Positions 1-10,069 of a stretch of DNA of 64,000 nucleotides are shown piece by piece (position 1 is the stretch's first letter; each line of letters begins with the position of its first letter). The stretch comes from Lachnospiraceae bacterium (GTDB lineage: Bacteria; Bacillota; Clostridia; Lachnospirales; Lachnospiraceae), in assembly GCA_900757145.1 (NCBI GenBank), contig CAAEMT010000003.1, positions 1,718 to 65,717 of the forward strand, written 5' to 3'. The notes below the pieces were generated by a model. The model saw nothing but the letters and a program-made list of their open reading frames with translations, did not search any database and was not told the origin of the DNA. A program made the position numbers and the translations under genes.

Positions 1-2
1 AC

Positions 3-1700
3 TGGTTAGTAGGGATCAATGCTACGCGGGCGCTGACCTGTAAGTATAATGCGCAGCTCTCCTGCGGACGGGTACAGACGCCGACGCTTGCGATGATCGC
101 GGCGAGAGAGGAAGAGATACGGAAATTTCAGCCGGAGAGCTACTATACGGTGAGAGCAGAAGCTTCGGATGTGTTGTTTCAGTGGAAAGACGCTTCGTCG
201 GGAAGTCTGCGCACTTTTTCAAAGGAAAGAGCAGAGAAGATACGCAGTAATCTGACCGGAAAAACGATGACGATTGAAAAGACAGAGAAGAAAAAGAAAA
301 AAACGTACGCGCCGCTGCTTTATGATCTGACAGAGCTTCAGCGGGAGTGCAACAGCCGTTTCGGATATTCGGCAAAAGAGACGCTTAATATCATGCAGCG
401 TCTGTATGAAAATCATAAGGTGCTGACGTATCCGCGCACGGATTCCCGTTATCTGACGAAGGATATTATTCCTACGCTTCGGGAGCGCATCGATTCCTGT
501 GGGATGGGGCCGTACCGGACAATAGCGGCGAAAGTAAAAAACAGGACGTTTTCGGGTACGCTCTCTTTTGTAAATGACGCAAAGGTATCGGATCACCATG
601 CGATCATCCCGACGGAGCAGACACCGGACTTAAGCCATATGACAGTGGATGAACGCCGCGTATATGATCTGGTGGTGCGCCGTTTTCTGGCTGTTCTGTA
701 TCCCGCCTTTGAGTATGAGGAAATGGTCGTAACGGCGAAATGTGGGGGCGATCTGTTTGTGGCAAAAGGAAAAACTGTTCTTGCTTCGGGCTGGAAGGAA
801 GCGTACGGAGAGTTACAGGAGGAGACAAAAGAAGAGGAGGAAGACGAGTGTCGGGAGCAGATTCTGCCTCCGCTTGCACAGGGGATGAAGCTTCCGGTGA
901 GATCCGTCCGGATAAAAGAAGGGAAAACGAATCCTCCGGCTCGGTTTCGGGAGGCAACGCTTCTTTCGGCAATGGAAAATCCTGTAAAATATATGGAAAG
1001 CGGCGATAAAGCGCGCGCAAAGACACTTACGCAGACGGGAGGTCTCGGAACGGTGGCTACGCGGGCAGATATTATAGACAAACTTTTTGGAAGTTTTCTG
1101 ATGGAGAAAAAGGGACAGGACATCTATCTGACAGCCAAAGGCCGCCAACTGCTCCAGCTTGTGCCGGAGGATCTGCGCAGGCCGGAGCTTACCGCGGACT
1201 GGGAAATGAAGCTTGCAAAAATAGCTGACGGAACTATAAAAAGAGACCGGTTTATGAAAGAAATACGCAGTTATACGCGGGAGCTGTTAGGCGAGATCAG
1301 CACGCAGGAGGGAACGTACCGCCACGAAAACATGACAAATAAAAAATGTCCCGTCTGCGGAAAACGACTGCTGTCCGTAAATGGAAAGAATGCGAAGCTG
1401 CTTGTCTGTCAGGATAGAAACTGCGGTTACAGGGAAACAGTATCGCGCACATCTAACGCACGTTGTCCCGTCTGCCATAAGAAGATGGAATTGTCAGGAA
1501 GCGGTGAAAACGCGGTATTTTTCTGCGGCTGCGGTTACAGAGAGCGTCTGGAAAAATTCAAGGAGCGAAGAAAGAAAGAGGGCGCCGGCGTGACAAAGCG
1601 CGATGTGGCAGCGTATATGAAAAAGCAGCAGAAAGCTGCGGACGAGCCGGTGAATAACGCACTGGCGGCGGCTCTGGCTGGAATAAAGCTGGATCAATGA
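3..1700 (+). CDS. topB: DNA topoisomerase III, 5'-truncated by the window edge
   Basis: Frame is open from base 3 (WLVGINATRALT..LSCGRVQTPTLA). Type IA catalytic TYPRTDS, DHHAIIPT, GLGTVATRADII and C-terminal Cys zinc ribbons. Confidence 0.95.
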   Translation, partial: WLVGINATRALTCKYNAQLSCGRVQTPTLAMIAAREEEIRKFQPESYYTVRAEASDVLFQWKDASSGSLRTFSKERAEKIRSNLTGKTMTIEKTEKKKKKTYAPLLYDLTELQRECNSRFGYSAKETLNIMQRLYENHKVLTYPRTDSRYLTKDIIPTLRERIDSCGMGPYRTIAAKVKNRTFSGTLSFVNDAKVSDHHAIIPTEQTPDLSHMTVDERRVYDLVVRRFLAVLYPAFEYEEMVVTAKCGGDLFVAKGKTVLASGWKEAYGELQEETKEEEEDECREQILPPLAQGMKLPVRSVRIKEGKTNPPARFREATLLSAMENPVKYMESGDKARAKTLTQTGGLGTVATRADIIDKLFGSFLMEKKGQDIYLTAKGRQLLQLVPEDLRRPELTADWEMKLAKIADGTIKRDRFMKEIRSYTRELLGEISTQEGTYRHENMTNKKCPVCGKRLLSVNGKNAKLLVCQDRNCGYRETVSRTSNARCPVCHKKMELSGSGENAVFFCGCGYRERLEKFKERRKKEGAGVTKRDVAAYMKKQQKAADEPVNNALAAALAGIKLDQ

Positions 1701-1755
1701 ATGCAGTAGATAGAATAATGTGAGAGCCATATAGTTATCAGGGAGAAACATCAGT

Positions 1756-2754
1756 ATGCGTATAGGAAAGAAGAGCCCTAAAAGAGAAAAAAGGGCGATG
1801 ACAGTATCGTTGTATGCGAATTTGTTTTTTGTCGTGATTGAGTTGATTATGGCAATCGTAACGAGTTCGCAGGCAGTTTTGCTTGATGCGGTATATGATG
1901 GGATTGAGTTTGTAATGCTGCTTCCATCCGTTTTCTTGATACCGCTTTTGTATCAGCCCAGTAATGAAAAATATCCGTTTGGACATATGCAGCTTGAGAC
2001 GGTATTTATTGTGATCAAGGGAACCACCATGGCAGCAGTAACAGTAGGACTTATTATGAACAGTGTAGATATAATCCTGCACGGCGGAAGACGGATTTCG
2101 TTTGGCACGGTTGCCTGGTTTGAGTTGTTTGCATGTGTGCTCGGAATTATTGTCACCTTATATCTGCGTAGGAAAAATAAGGGACTTAATTCTCCGATTG
2201 TAGAGGCAGAAATGCAGGGATGGAAGATAGATAGCCTGATTTCTTTTGGGATGACGGCGGCATTTTTTCTGCCTATACTGATACAGCAGGAATTTTTCCA
2301 GAAGTTTGTCCCGTATTTGGACTCCGTATTTACGATCATACTGTCGTTGATCATGCTCCCGGTTCCGGTACGAACCGTTATTTCCGGCATACGGGATCTT
2401 CTGCTTATCTCGCCGGAGGAAGAAACGGTGGCAGACATAAAAAGTCTGGTAGAGCCGATCATTAGGGAAAGTAATTGTTCCGAGCTTATATATGAGATCG
2501 TGCGGACAGGCAGAAAGCTCTGGATCAGCGCATATATTACGCTTGATAAAGACGAATTATCTGTACGCAAATTCAAGGCGCTGCAGACAAGGTGCATTGC
2601 GGCTCTTGCGCGGAGGTACACCGATTTTTACTTTGAACTTCTTCCGGAAATTGAATTTCATCCGGAAGAGTTGGAAAATTTATCGCATATGGAAAAAAGT
2701 GAGCTATCCAACGCAGGCAGCGTTTGCCTGAAGGCACAAAGTGAGGAAAGATAA
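1756..2754 (+). CDS. Cation diffusion facilitator (CDF) family transporter
   Basis: About 6 TM segments, SQAVLLDAVYD, YPFGHMQLE, GWKID motifs and a soluble C-terminal domain. Start may be 1798. Confidence 0.85.
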   Translation: MRIGKKSPKREKRAMTVSLYANLFFVVIELIMAIVTSSQAVLLDAVYDGIEFVMLLPSVFLIPLLYQPSNEKYPFGHMQLETVFIVIKGTTMAAVTVGLIMNSVDIILHGGRRISFGTVAWFELFACVLGIIVTLYLRRKNKGLNSPIVEAEMQGWKIDSLISFGMTAAFFLPILIQQEFFQKFVPYLDSVFTIILSLIMLPVPVRTVISGIRDLLLISPEEETVADIKSLVEPIIRESNCSELIYEIVRTGRKLWISAYITLDKDELSVRKFKALQTRCIAALARRYTDFYFELLPEIEFHPEELENLSHMEKSELSNAGSVCLKAQSEER

Positions 2755-2833
2755 CAAAAGGGGAAAAGAATCTTTTATGAGAACGGGCATTTATATTGTA
2801 CGTTCTCTGAATGGTTCTTTTTTATTTTTCGAA

Positions 2834-2895
2834 TTACCTATTGACAAGATAGGTAAAATAAAATATAATGCAAAAAACCTATTTAATAAGTAGGT
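2834..2895. promoter_or_regulatory. Two palindromic operators ACCTA-N9-TAGGT (candidate Rrf2 sites)
   Basis: TTACCTAT-TGACAAG-ATAGGTAA over the -35 box and ACCTA-TTTAATAAG-TAGGT at 2877-2895. An Rrf2 gene ends the operon. Confidence 0.65.
2841..2869 (+). promoter_or_regulatory. sigma-A promoter of the sulfur operon
   Basis: Perfect TTGACA (2841-2846), 17-bp spacer, TATAAT (2864-2869). Confidence 0.85.
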
Positions 2896-2910
2896 AATAG
2901 GAGGCATGCG

Positions 2911-2979
2911 ATGGAACTCCATTTTGAAAAGCTTGTGAGAGAAAACTTTCGTTTTGGCCGAATGCGGCGATGTTCGTAA
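2911..2979 (+). CDS. Putative 22-aa leader peptide MELHFEKLVRENFRFGRMRRCS
   Basis: GGAGG RBS 6 nt before ATG 2911, TAA at 2977-2979, located between the promoter and metY. Confidence 0.55.
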   Translation: MELHFEKLVRENFRFGRMRRCS

Positions 2980-3035
2980 CTATGAAGAAAGATCACGAAA
3001 ACAGATACATGAAAAGAAACGAAAGGAATGATATT

Positions 3036-4319
3036 ATGTCAAAATACAGATTTGAAACGCTTCAGCTCCATGTTGGTCAGGAAACGCCGGATCCGGCCAC
3101 AGATGCGCGCGCAGTACCTATTTATGCGACGACTTCTTATGTTTTTCATGATTGTGTTCATGCGGCGGCACGTTTTGGACTTACGGATGCCGGAAATATT
3201 TATGGCCGTTTGACAAACTCTACGCAGGAGGTTCTGGAAAAACGCGCTGCGGTTCTGGAAGGAGGAACGGCAGCTTTGGCACTTGCTTCCGGCGCGGCTG
3301 CGATCGCGTATACGCTGCAGGCGCTTGGTCAAAATGGCGGACATATTGTCGCGCAGAAAACAATTTACGGCGGCAGCTATAATCTGATGGCGCACACGCT
3401 TCCGGGATTTGGCATTACAGCCTCCTTTGTCAACATTCATGATCTTGATGAAGTGGAAGCGGCGATTCAGGACAATACGAGAGCGATCTACATAGAAACG
3501 CTGGGCAACCCAAATAGTGATATTCCGGATATCGACGCTTTAGCCGCACTCGCTCACAGACATGGTCTTCCGCTTGTCGTAGATAATACTTTTGGTACGC
3601 CGTATTTCGTTCGGCCGATCGAGCATGGAGCCGATATTGTCGTACATTCTGCCACAAAGTTTCTTGGAGGCCATGGCACTGCGCTGGGAGGGATCATCGT
3701 AGACGGCGGAACGTTTGACTGGGCTGCCTCTGGAAAATATCCGGCCATTGCAGCGCCGAATCCAAGCTATCACGGCGTTTCTTTTGTGGATGCAGCAGGT
3801 CCGGCAGCTTTCGTTACGTATATCCGTGCTATTTTGCTTCGCGATACGGGAGCGGCGATCTCCCCCTTTGCAGCGTTTTTATTACTGCAGGGCATTGAGA
3901 CACTGTCGCTGCGTCTGGAGCGCCATGCCGAAAATACGAAGCGGGCAGTTGCATTTTTAAGCAGCCATCCGCTTGTGGAAAAGGTGAATCATCCGTCCCT
4001 TCCGGCGCATCCGGATCATGCGCTTTATCAGAAATACTTCCCGAATGGCGGCGCTTCTATTTTTACATTCGATATAAAAGGGGGACAGGAGGCAGCGTAC
4101 AAATTCATTGATCATCTGCAGATATTTTCCCTGCTTGCGAATGTGGCGGATGTGAAAAGCCTTGTGATCCATCCGGCAACTACAACACACAGCCAGCTTT
4201 CGGCAAAAGAACTGGAAGAGCAGGAAATTAAGCCGAGCACCATCCGGCTTTCGATCGGAACGGAACATATAGAAGATATCATTGATGATTTACAGCGCGG
4301 GTTCGATGCAGTAAAATAA
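3036..4319 (+). CDS. metY: O-acetylhomoserine sulfhydrylase (Cys/Met metabolism PLP enzyme)
   Basis: FETLQLHVGQE, GNIYGRL, VVHSATKFLGGHG (PLP Lys), LLANVADVKSLVIHPA. Start set at the ATG after the AAAGGA RBS. Confidence 0.92.
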   Translation: MSKYRFETLQLHVGQETPDPATDARAVPIYATTSYVFHDCVHAAARFGLTDAGNIYGRLTNSTQEVLEKRAAVLEGGTAALALASGAAAIAYTLQALGQNGGHIVAQKTIYGGSYNLMAHTLPGFGITASFVNIHDLDEVEAAIQDNTRAIYIETLGNPNSDIPDIDALAALAHRHGLPLVVDNTFGTPYFVRPIEHGADIVVHSATKFLGGHGTALGGIIVDGGTFDWAASGKYPAIAAPNPSYHGVSFVDAAGPAAFVTYIRAILLRDTGAAISPFAAFLLLQGIETLSLRLERHAENTKRAVAFLSSHPLVEKVNHPSLPAHPDHALYQKYFPNGGASIFTFDIKGGQEAAYKFIDHLQIFSLLANVADVKSLVIHPATTTHSQLSAKELEEQEIKPSTIRLSIGTEHIEDIIDDLQRGFDAVK

Positions 4320-4337
4320 AGAGAGGAGCGTTTTGAT

Positions 4338-5270
4338 ATGGCAAACATCTATACTTCGGCAGAACAGCTGATTGGAAATACACCGCTTCTGGAATTGACC
4401 AGGATAGAAAAAGAATACCACCTGCAGGCCAAAATTCTGGCAAAGCTGGAATACTTTAATCCGGCCGGTTCAGTTAAGGATCGTGTGGCAAAGGCGATTC
4501 TGGACGATGCGGAGCGTACAGGCAGGCTCAAAGATGATTCTGTCATTATCGAGCCGACTTCCGGCAATACCGGTATTGGTCTTGCGTCTGTTGCGGCAGC
4601 CAGAGGATACCGCACTATCCTTGTCATGCCAGACACGATGTCGGTAGAGAGACGCCAGCTTATGAAAGCGTACGGAGCAGAGCTTGTGCTTAGCGACGGG
4701 GGGAAAGGCATGAAGGGGGCGATCGAAAAGGCGCAGGAGCTGGCAAAGGAAGTACCGAACAGCTTTATGCCGGGGCAGTTTACGAACCCTTCGAATCCAA
4801 AAGCCCATAGAGAGGGAACTGGTCCTGAAATATATAGAGATACGGAGGGTGTGATCGATATCTTTGTTGCCGGAGTAGGTACAGGAGGAACAGTGACCGG
4901 CGTAGGAGAATATCTGAAAGAACAGAAGCCGGATATTCAGATCGTGGCAGTCGAGCCGGCAGCCTCAGCGGTGCTTTCCTCCGGGATCAGCGGTCCGCAC
5001 AAGATACAGGGGATTGGAGCCGGATTTGTTCCGAACACCTTAAATACATCTATTTATGATGAGATTATAACGGTGGAAAATGAAGATGCGTTTGCTGTCG
5101 GAAAACTTGTTGGACAAAGAGAAGGGGTTCTCGTAGGTATTTCTTCCGGTGCAGCCTTATGGGCAGCGATCCAGCTTGCGAAAAGAGAGGAAAATAAAGG
5201 AAAAACTATTGTTGTGCTCCTGCCGGATACAGGAGAAAGATATTTGTCAACGCCTCTTTTTTCGGAATAA
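4338..5270 (+). CDS. cysK: Cysteine synthase A
   Basis: [44 protein letters not shown]. Confidence 0.96.
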   Translation: MANIYTSAEQLIGNTPLLELTRIEKEYHLQAKILAKLEYFNPAGSVKDRVAKAILDDAERTGRLKDDSVIIEPTSGNTGIGLASVAAARGYRTILVMPDTMSVERRQLMKAYGAELVLSDGGKGMKGAIEKAQELAKEVPNSFMPGQFTNPSNPKAHREGTGPEIYRDTEGVIDIFVAGVGTGGTVTGVGEYLKEQKPDIQIVAVEPAASAVLSSGISGPHKIQGIGAGFVPNTLNTSIYDEIITVENEDAFAVGKLVGQREGVLVGISSGAALWAAIQLAKREENKGKTIVVLLPDTGERYLSTPLFSE

Positions 5271-5292
5271 AAAGAAACGAGGAAACAAAGAA

Positions 5293-5715
5293 ATGATGAT
5301 CTCAACAAGAGGAAGATATGCTTTGAGAGTGCTGCTTGACCTTGCAGAAAATCAGAAGGAAGGTTACATTGCGATGAAGCAAGTGGCGATGCGGCAAGAG
5401 CTGTCTCTGAAATATATCGAACAAATCATGCCGGTGCTCTCTAAGAACCATTATGTGAAAGGTATCCAGGGGAAAGGCGGCGGATACCGTCTGGTAAAAG
5501 CTCCGGAAGAGTATCGGGTTGGAGATATTCTGAGATTGACAGAGGGCAATCTTGCTCCGGTAGCCTGTTTGGAATGCGATGCAAAAACGTGCAGGCGTGC
5601 AAATATCTGCAAAACACTTCCGATGTGGAAAGAGTTTCATCAGATGGTTTTAGATTATTTTGATAATATTACGCTGTTAGATCTGATGGACTGGGATGAA
5701 TTTCGCTGCTTTTAA
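5293..5715 (+). CDS. Rrf2 family transcriptional regulator (CymR/IscR-like)
   Basis: MISTRGRYALR, YIEQI, GKGGGYRL and three Cys (CLEC..C..C region). Real start is downstream of the ORF-track start. Confidence 0.92.
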   Translation: MMISTRGRYALRVLLDLAENQKEGYIAMKQVAMRQELSLKYIEQIMPVLSKNHYVKGIQGKGGGYRLVKAPEEYRVGDILRLTEGNLAPVACLECDAKTCRRANICKTLPMWKEFHQMVLDYFDNITLLDLMDWDEFRCF

Positions 5716-5794
5716 GTTAATTTAAAGTAAGGTTTGTATAATAAAACCCGTTAAAAGAAATAAAGAGAAGTTGTAAACGGAAAGGAGTTTTATT

Positions 5795-7738
5795 ATGAAA
5801 AACAGACAGGCAGCAGCGGTGATCGCTATGGCATTATGTGCAGTTGCGGTTGTCGGCTACGGTGGGAAGACAGAGGGCAAGGCAGCCGAAGTACAGGAAA
5901 GAGTGACAGAGGCGGGAAACGCAGATATGACGCGGGAAGCAGATGCAGGAGAAGCGGCTGCATCGGAGGAAAAGCAGATTTTTGGGAAGATCACTTCCAT
6001 CTCTGAAACATCAATTACTGTTTCGTCAGAAAATGGTTCGACAGAAAAAGCAGAGGACGAGGAAAATATTTCGCAGGCAGAGCAGACCATTGCTCTGACA
6101 GAAAGTACGGTGATTCAAAAACAGAATATGGGGCAACCGGGCGGAGCACCGGAAGACGGTGGAGTTCCGGAAGACGGCGGAGTTCCGGAAGACGGCGGAG
6201 TGCCGGAAGATGGCGGAGCACCGGAAGATGGTGAAGTGCCGGAAAAGCCGGAAGGAGAGGCTCCAAATGACGGTATGCAGGTTCAGAAAGCAGGAGAAGA
6301 AATTGCCTGGACAGATTTGAGCGTAGGTGATGTGGTGGCAATCACTCTGGATCAGGATGGAAATGCAGAATCTGTCAGTCTTATGTCAGGAAATATGGGG
6401 CAGCCGGGCGGCGGTCAGTCCCAGAAACCGGAAGAATATCAGGCGGCAGCAAAATATACAGAAAATACAGAGACAGACGGTGAGGCGTATACTTCGGAGG
6501 GAACGGATGAAAATGCGGTTTATATCTCAGCCGGTGCAGAAGTAGCGCTGAAGAACCCTCAGATCACGAGAACTTCTCAGGACAGTACCGGAGGGGATGC
6601 TTCGAGCTTTTATGGCGTAGGAGCTGCGGTTCTTGTGGATGATGGTAATGCTTACGTCAGCGGCGGAACGGTATCAACAGATGCTGCAGGAGGCGCAGGA
6701 CTCTTTGCATATGATAAAGGGACGGTATATGCAGCGGGAACTACTATAAAGACAGAGCAGGATACTGCGGGAGGTGTTCATGCCGCAGGAGGTGCAACCT
6801 TCTATGGATGGGATCTGAATGTGACAACAAATGGAGAATCTTCTGCTGCTATTCGAAGTGACAGGGGCGGCGGAACAATGGTGATAGACGGAGGAACTTA
6901 TACTTCTAACGGTATAGGTTCTCCGGCAGTTTACTGTACCGCGGATATTGCGGTAAATCAGGCAGAACTGACTGCAAATGGTTCAGAGGCGGTATGTATC
7001 GAAGGCCTGAATTCCTTACATCTTTATGACTGTAATCTTACCGGAAATATGAGTGACGATGACCGAAACGACTGTACATGGAACGTCATTCTTTATCAGA
7101 GTATGTCAGGGGATTCTGAGGTTGGAAACAGTACCTTTGAAATGGATGGAGGAAGTCTGACCGGAAAAAACGGCGGAATGTTCTATACGACCAATACAGA
7201 GAGTACAATTACTCTGTCGGATGTGGATATCATTTATCCGGACGACTGTGAGTATTTTCTGAAATGCACCGGCAATGCAAACGAGAGAGGCTGGGGAGTA
7301 AGTGCCAAAAATGGGGCGGATTGTCTGTTTACTGCCATTACTCAGGCGATACAGGGCGATATACTTTGGGACAGTATCAGTCAGCTTGACGTATATCTTA
7401 CAGACCAGAGCAGCTTCTGCGGAGCTGTTGTAAATGATGAATCTAATGCAGGAAGCGGCGGGGACGGATACTGCGCAGTGTATGTGGAAGAAGGATCGGA
7501 ATGGATCGTTACGGAGGATAGCACGGTAACTAAATTGTATTGTGCGGGGACGATTGCGGATGAAGAAGGAAAGACAGTGACTATAATGGGAACAGATGGA
7601 ACAGTTTATGCAGAGGGGGACAGCTCCTGCGTGATCACTACAGAGTTGTATGAGGACAGTGCAGACTGTTCAGGAGCATCTTCTTCTACAGATTGGAGCG
7701 ATTATGAAACAGAAATTCCGGAACAGATTTCTGACTGA
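5795..7738 (+). CDS. Secreted acidic protein with low-complexity N-terminus and probable right-handed beta-helix domain
   Basis: Signal peptide, GG[AV]PED repeats, then Gly/Thr/Ser-rich short-strand repeats (SFYGVGAA, AAIRSDRGGG, SPAVYCTA). Confidence 0.65.
   Translation: MKNRQAAAVIAMALCAVAVVGYGGKTEGKAAEVQERVTEAGNADMTREADAGEAAASEEKQIFGKITSISETSITVSSENGSTEKAEDEENISQAEQTIALTESTVIQKQNMGQPGGAPEDGGVPEDGGVPEDGGVPEDGGAPEDGEVPEKPEGEAPNDGMQVQKAGEEIAWTDLSVGDVVAITLDQDGNAESVSLMSGNMGQPGGGQSQKPEEYQAAAKYTENTETDGEAYTSEGTDENAVYISAGAEVALKNPQITRTSQDSTGGDASSFYGVGAAVLVDDGNAYVSGGTVSTDAAGGAGLFAYDKGTVYAAGTTIKTEQDTAGGVHAAGGATFYGWDLNVTTNGESSAAIRSDRGGGTMVIDGGTYTSNGIGSPAVYCTADIAVNQAELTANGSEAVCIEGLNSLHLYDCNLTGNMSDDDRNDCTWNVILYQSMSGDSEVGNSTFEMDGGSLTGKNGGMFYTTNTESTITLSDVDIIYPDDCEYFLKCTGNANERGWGVSAKNGADCLFTAITQAIQGDILWDSISQLDVYLTDQSSFCGAVVNDESNAGSGGDGYCAVYVEEGSEWIVTEDSTVTKLYCAGTIADEEGKTVTIMGTDGTVYAEGDSSCVITTELYEDSADCSGASSSTDWSDYETEIPEQISD
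6140..6247 (+). repeat. Six 18-bp coding tandem repeats (GG[AV]PED)
   Basis: Units such as ggcggagcaccggaagac and ggtggagttccggaagac. Confidence 0.9.
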
Positions 7739-7799
7739 TTTAAGTGTACTAAGATATAATAAATTGTATCAGAGCATAAAATACTTTTGAATATGTTAT

Positions 7800-9602
7800 A
7801 TGGCGGGATTTTTTACTTTGAGCGATCAGAAAATAGAAAATCTTTTAAATCTTGCGTTGGATGCTTCGCAGGAAGAACGGCAGAAATCGCAGATCCTTGA
7901 GGTTGGATATGATGCGCAGGATCAGATGTGGGAGGTAATTATCAGGTATAACGGAAAGCTCGATGCTGAAGAAAGGGGCTGGGGAGTCGTTTATCTGTCC
8001 GGCGGATACGCGATCCTTACACTGCCGCAAAGCGATATAGAGCTGCTTTCTTCTCTGCCGCAGGTCGAGTACATAGAAATGCCGAAAAGGTTATATTTTT
8101 CAGTAGATACAGGGCGCGCATCGTCCTGTATTTCTTCTGTCCAGACAATGGATATAAGTCTGTTCGGGGAGGATATCTTGATTGTGGTCATTGATTCAGG
8201 AGTGGACTATTTTCATCCTGATTTTCGGAACGAGGATGGAACCACCAGAATTGCAGCGATATGGGATCAGACGGCGGAAAATGCGCAGAGCCTGCCCCAA
8301 GGGGAAGGAAATGACTCAGAAAAAGACAGGCTGCGTCCTCCGTCTGGATTTTTCCTTGGCGTCGAGTATACGAGAGAGGATATTGACAAAGCGCTGGCTT
8401 CGGGCAGTCAGGCGGATGGGTATGCGATTGTCGGGGAGCGTGATACAACGGGGCATGGGACGCAGGTGCTGGGCATTGCGGCGGGAAATGGAAGGGCATC
8501 GGGCGGACGTTTCCGCGGTGTTGCTCCGCGCAGCGATATACTTGTGGTAAAACTCGGAAATGCGCGGCTGGGAGGATTTCCGCGTACCACGCAGCTTATG
8601 CAGGCGCTTGAGTATGCGGTGCAAAAAGCGCGGGAGCTTGGAAAGCCTTTGGCAGTCAATTTAAGCTTTGGAAATGTATACGGATCACATCGCGGAAATT
8701 CTCTTTTGGAAACGTATATAGATATGCTGGCTGTACAGGGCAAAACAGTGATCGTGGCAGGAACCGGAAATGAGGGAAATGCAGGCGGTCATGTCTCAGG
8801 CCGTTTGTCAGATTGGGAAATACAGGAAATTGAGTTTATTATTGATGAGTTTGAAACCTCCATGAATCTTCAGATATGGAAAAATTATGCTGATATGTTT
8901 CGAATCACGGTTGTTTCACCAAACGGAAAGACAGTCGGACCGTTCGGGCGTGAGATCGGCGCATCCAGATACCGTTTAGGCGAAACAGAGCTTCTTGTCT
9001 ACTTTGGCATGCCGGGGCCGTATCAGAGTATGCAGGAAATATTTATAGATTTTCTTGCGGAAGATACATATCTTGACAGCGGAGTATGGAAGGTCATCCT
9101 GACACCGGAACGGATTGTGGAGGGGGCATACGATATGTGGATGATCGATGCCAAAGGGCGGAATTTTGGTACGCGTTTTCTGAAACCGACGCCGGATACG
9201 ACGCTGACGATTCCATCGACTTCTGCCCGGGTGATCGCAGTAGGAGCCTACGATGCGCGCCGCAAGGCGTATGCCTCATTTTCAGGACGGGGCTGGCACG
9301 ATGAGCCCTTTTTTGTCCGTCCCGACCTTGCTGCGCCGGGTGTCGAAGTCACAACGACCGCTGCGGGCGGCGGGTATGTCAGCGTGACAGGAACATCATT
9401 TGCAGCGCCGTTTGTCACAGGTGCGGCAGCGCTTCTGATGCAGTGGGGAATCGTACAGGGCAACGATCCGTATCTGTATGGGGAGAAAGTGAAGGCTTAT
9501 TTAAGAAAGGGCGCAAGGCAGCTTCCGGGATTTGAAAAATGGCCGAACAATCAGGTGGGATATGGGGCGTTGTGTGTGAGGGACAGTCTGCCATTTGATT
9601 AA
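7800..9602 (+). CDS. S8 subtilisin-like protease, CspA/B/C spore-germination type
   Basis: Intact triad IDSG / GHGT / GTSFAAP, long insert domain and LMQWGIVQGNDPYLYG C-terminal motif. Start may be TTG 7818. Confidence 0.88.
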   Translation: MAGFFTLSDQKIENLLNLALDASQEERQKSQILEVGYDAQDQMWEVIIRYNGKLDAEERGWGVVYLSGGYAILTLPQSDIELLSSLPQVEYIEMPKRLYFSVDTGRASSCISSVQTMDISLFGEDILIVVIDSGVDYFHPDFRNEDGTTRIAAIWDQTAENAQSLPQGEGNDSEKDRLRPPSGFFLGVEYTREDIDKALASGSQADGYAIVGERDTTGHGTQVLGIAAGNGRASGGRFRGVAPRSDILVVKLGNARLGGFPRTTQLMQALEYAVQKARELGKPLAVNLSFGNVYGSHRGNSLLETYIDMLAVQGKTVIVAGTGNEGNAGGHVSGRLSDWEIQEIEFIIDEFETSMNLQIWKNYADMFRITVVSPNGKTVGPFGREIGASRYRLGETELLVYFGMPGPYQSMQEIFIDFLAEDTYLDSGVWKVILTPERIVEGAYDMWMIDAKGRNFGTRFLKPTPDTTLTIPSTSARVIAVGAYDARRKAYASFSGRGWHDEPFFVRPDLAAPGVEVTTTAAGGGYVSVTGTSFAAPFVTGAAALLMQWGIVQGNDPYLYGEKVKAYLRKGARQLPGFEKWPNNQVGYGALCVRDSLPFD

Positions 9603-9625
9603 AAAACAGAGGATATGCAGGGGCT

Positions 9626-9968
9626 AAAGTGTTCGAATCTGAACACTATAAAAGCAAGCGGGATTATTGACATTTACTCCCAGTGTTTCTGAATGGATTA
9701 ATAAAACAAACGCTATAGGATTATATGTAAAAAGTGGAAAGTATAGAGGAACCTACGCCCATAAAGATCTTGCATTTGCTTCCACAGATAAATTATAGGG
9801 AAAATTTACAGTGGTTGGCATATGCAGAAGAAGCAGATATATTAAATGTCGCACTATTCATGAATTGACGGTACTTTCTAATCTGGAATCTTATAATGCA
9901 CAGATGATTAGAGACAGAAAGGGAAAGAAGAACTGTTTAAGAATTTACAGGAAATTGCTGAATATTAA
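9626..9968 (+). pseudogene. Decayed KilA-N domain protein gene (frameshifts and internal deletions)
   Basis: Fragments in shifting frames: QAGLLTFTPSVSEWINKTNAIGLYVKSGKYRGTYAHKDLAF, YAEEADILNVALF, HELTVLSNLESYNAQMIR. Confidence 0.75.
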
Positions 9969-10018
9969 TAGAATGTTCTGAATACAGCAGAGCAGATAAA
10001 AGGATAGAAATTTGTGAG

Positions 10019-10069
10019 AATGACGTAACCTCCTCGAGTCGAGTGTGTGTTTCTGAGAGTTTGCCATGA
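10019..10069 (+). repeat. att-like junction: 18-bp arm plus degenerate copy of the protease 3' end
   Basis: aatgacgtaacctcctcg followed by codons SRVCVSESLP*, versus GALCVRDSLPFD* in the gene. Confidence 0.55.

Noticed and set aside
2870..3035. Possible SAM riboswitch upstream of metY
   Set aside because: No S-box core motifs or terminator; the space holds operators and a uORF.
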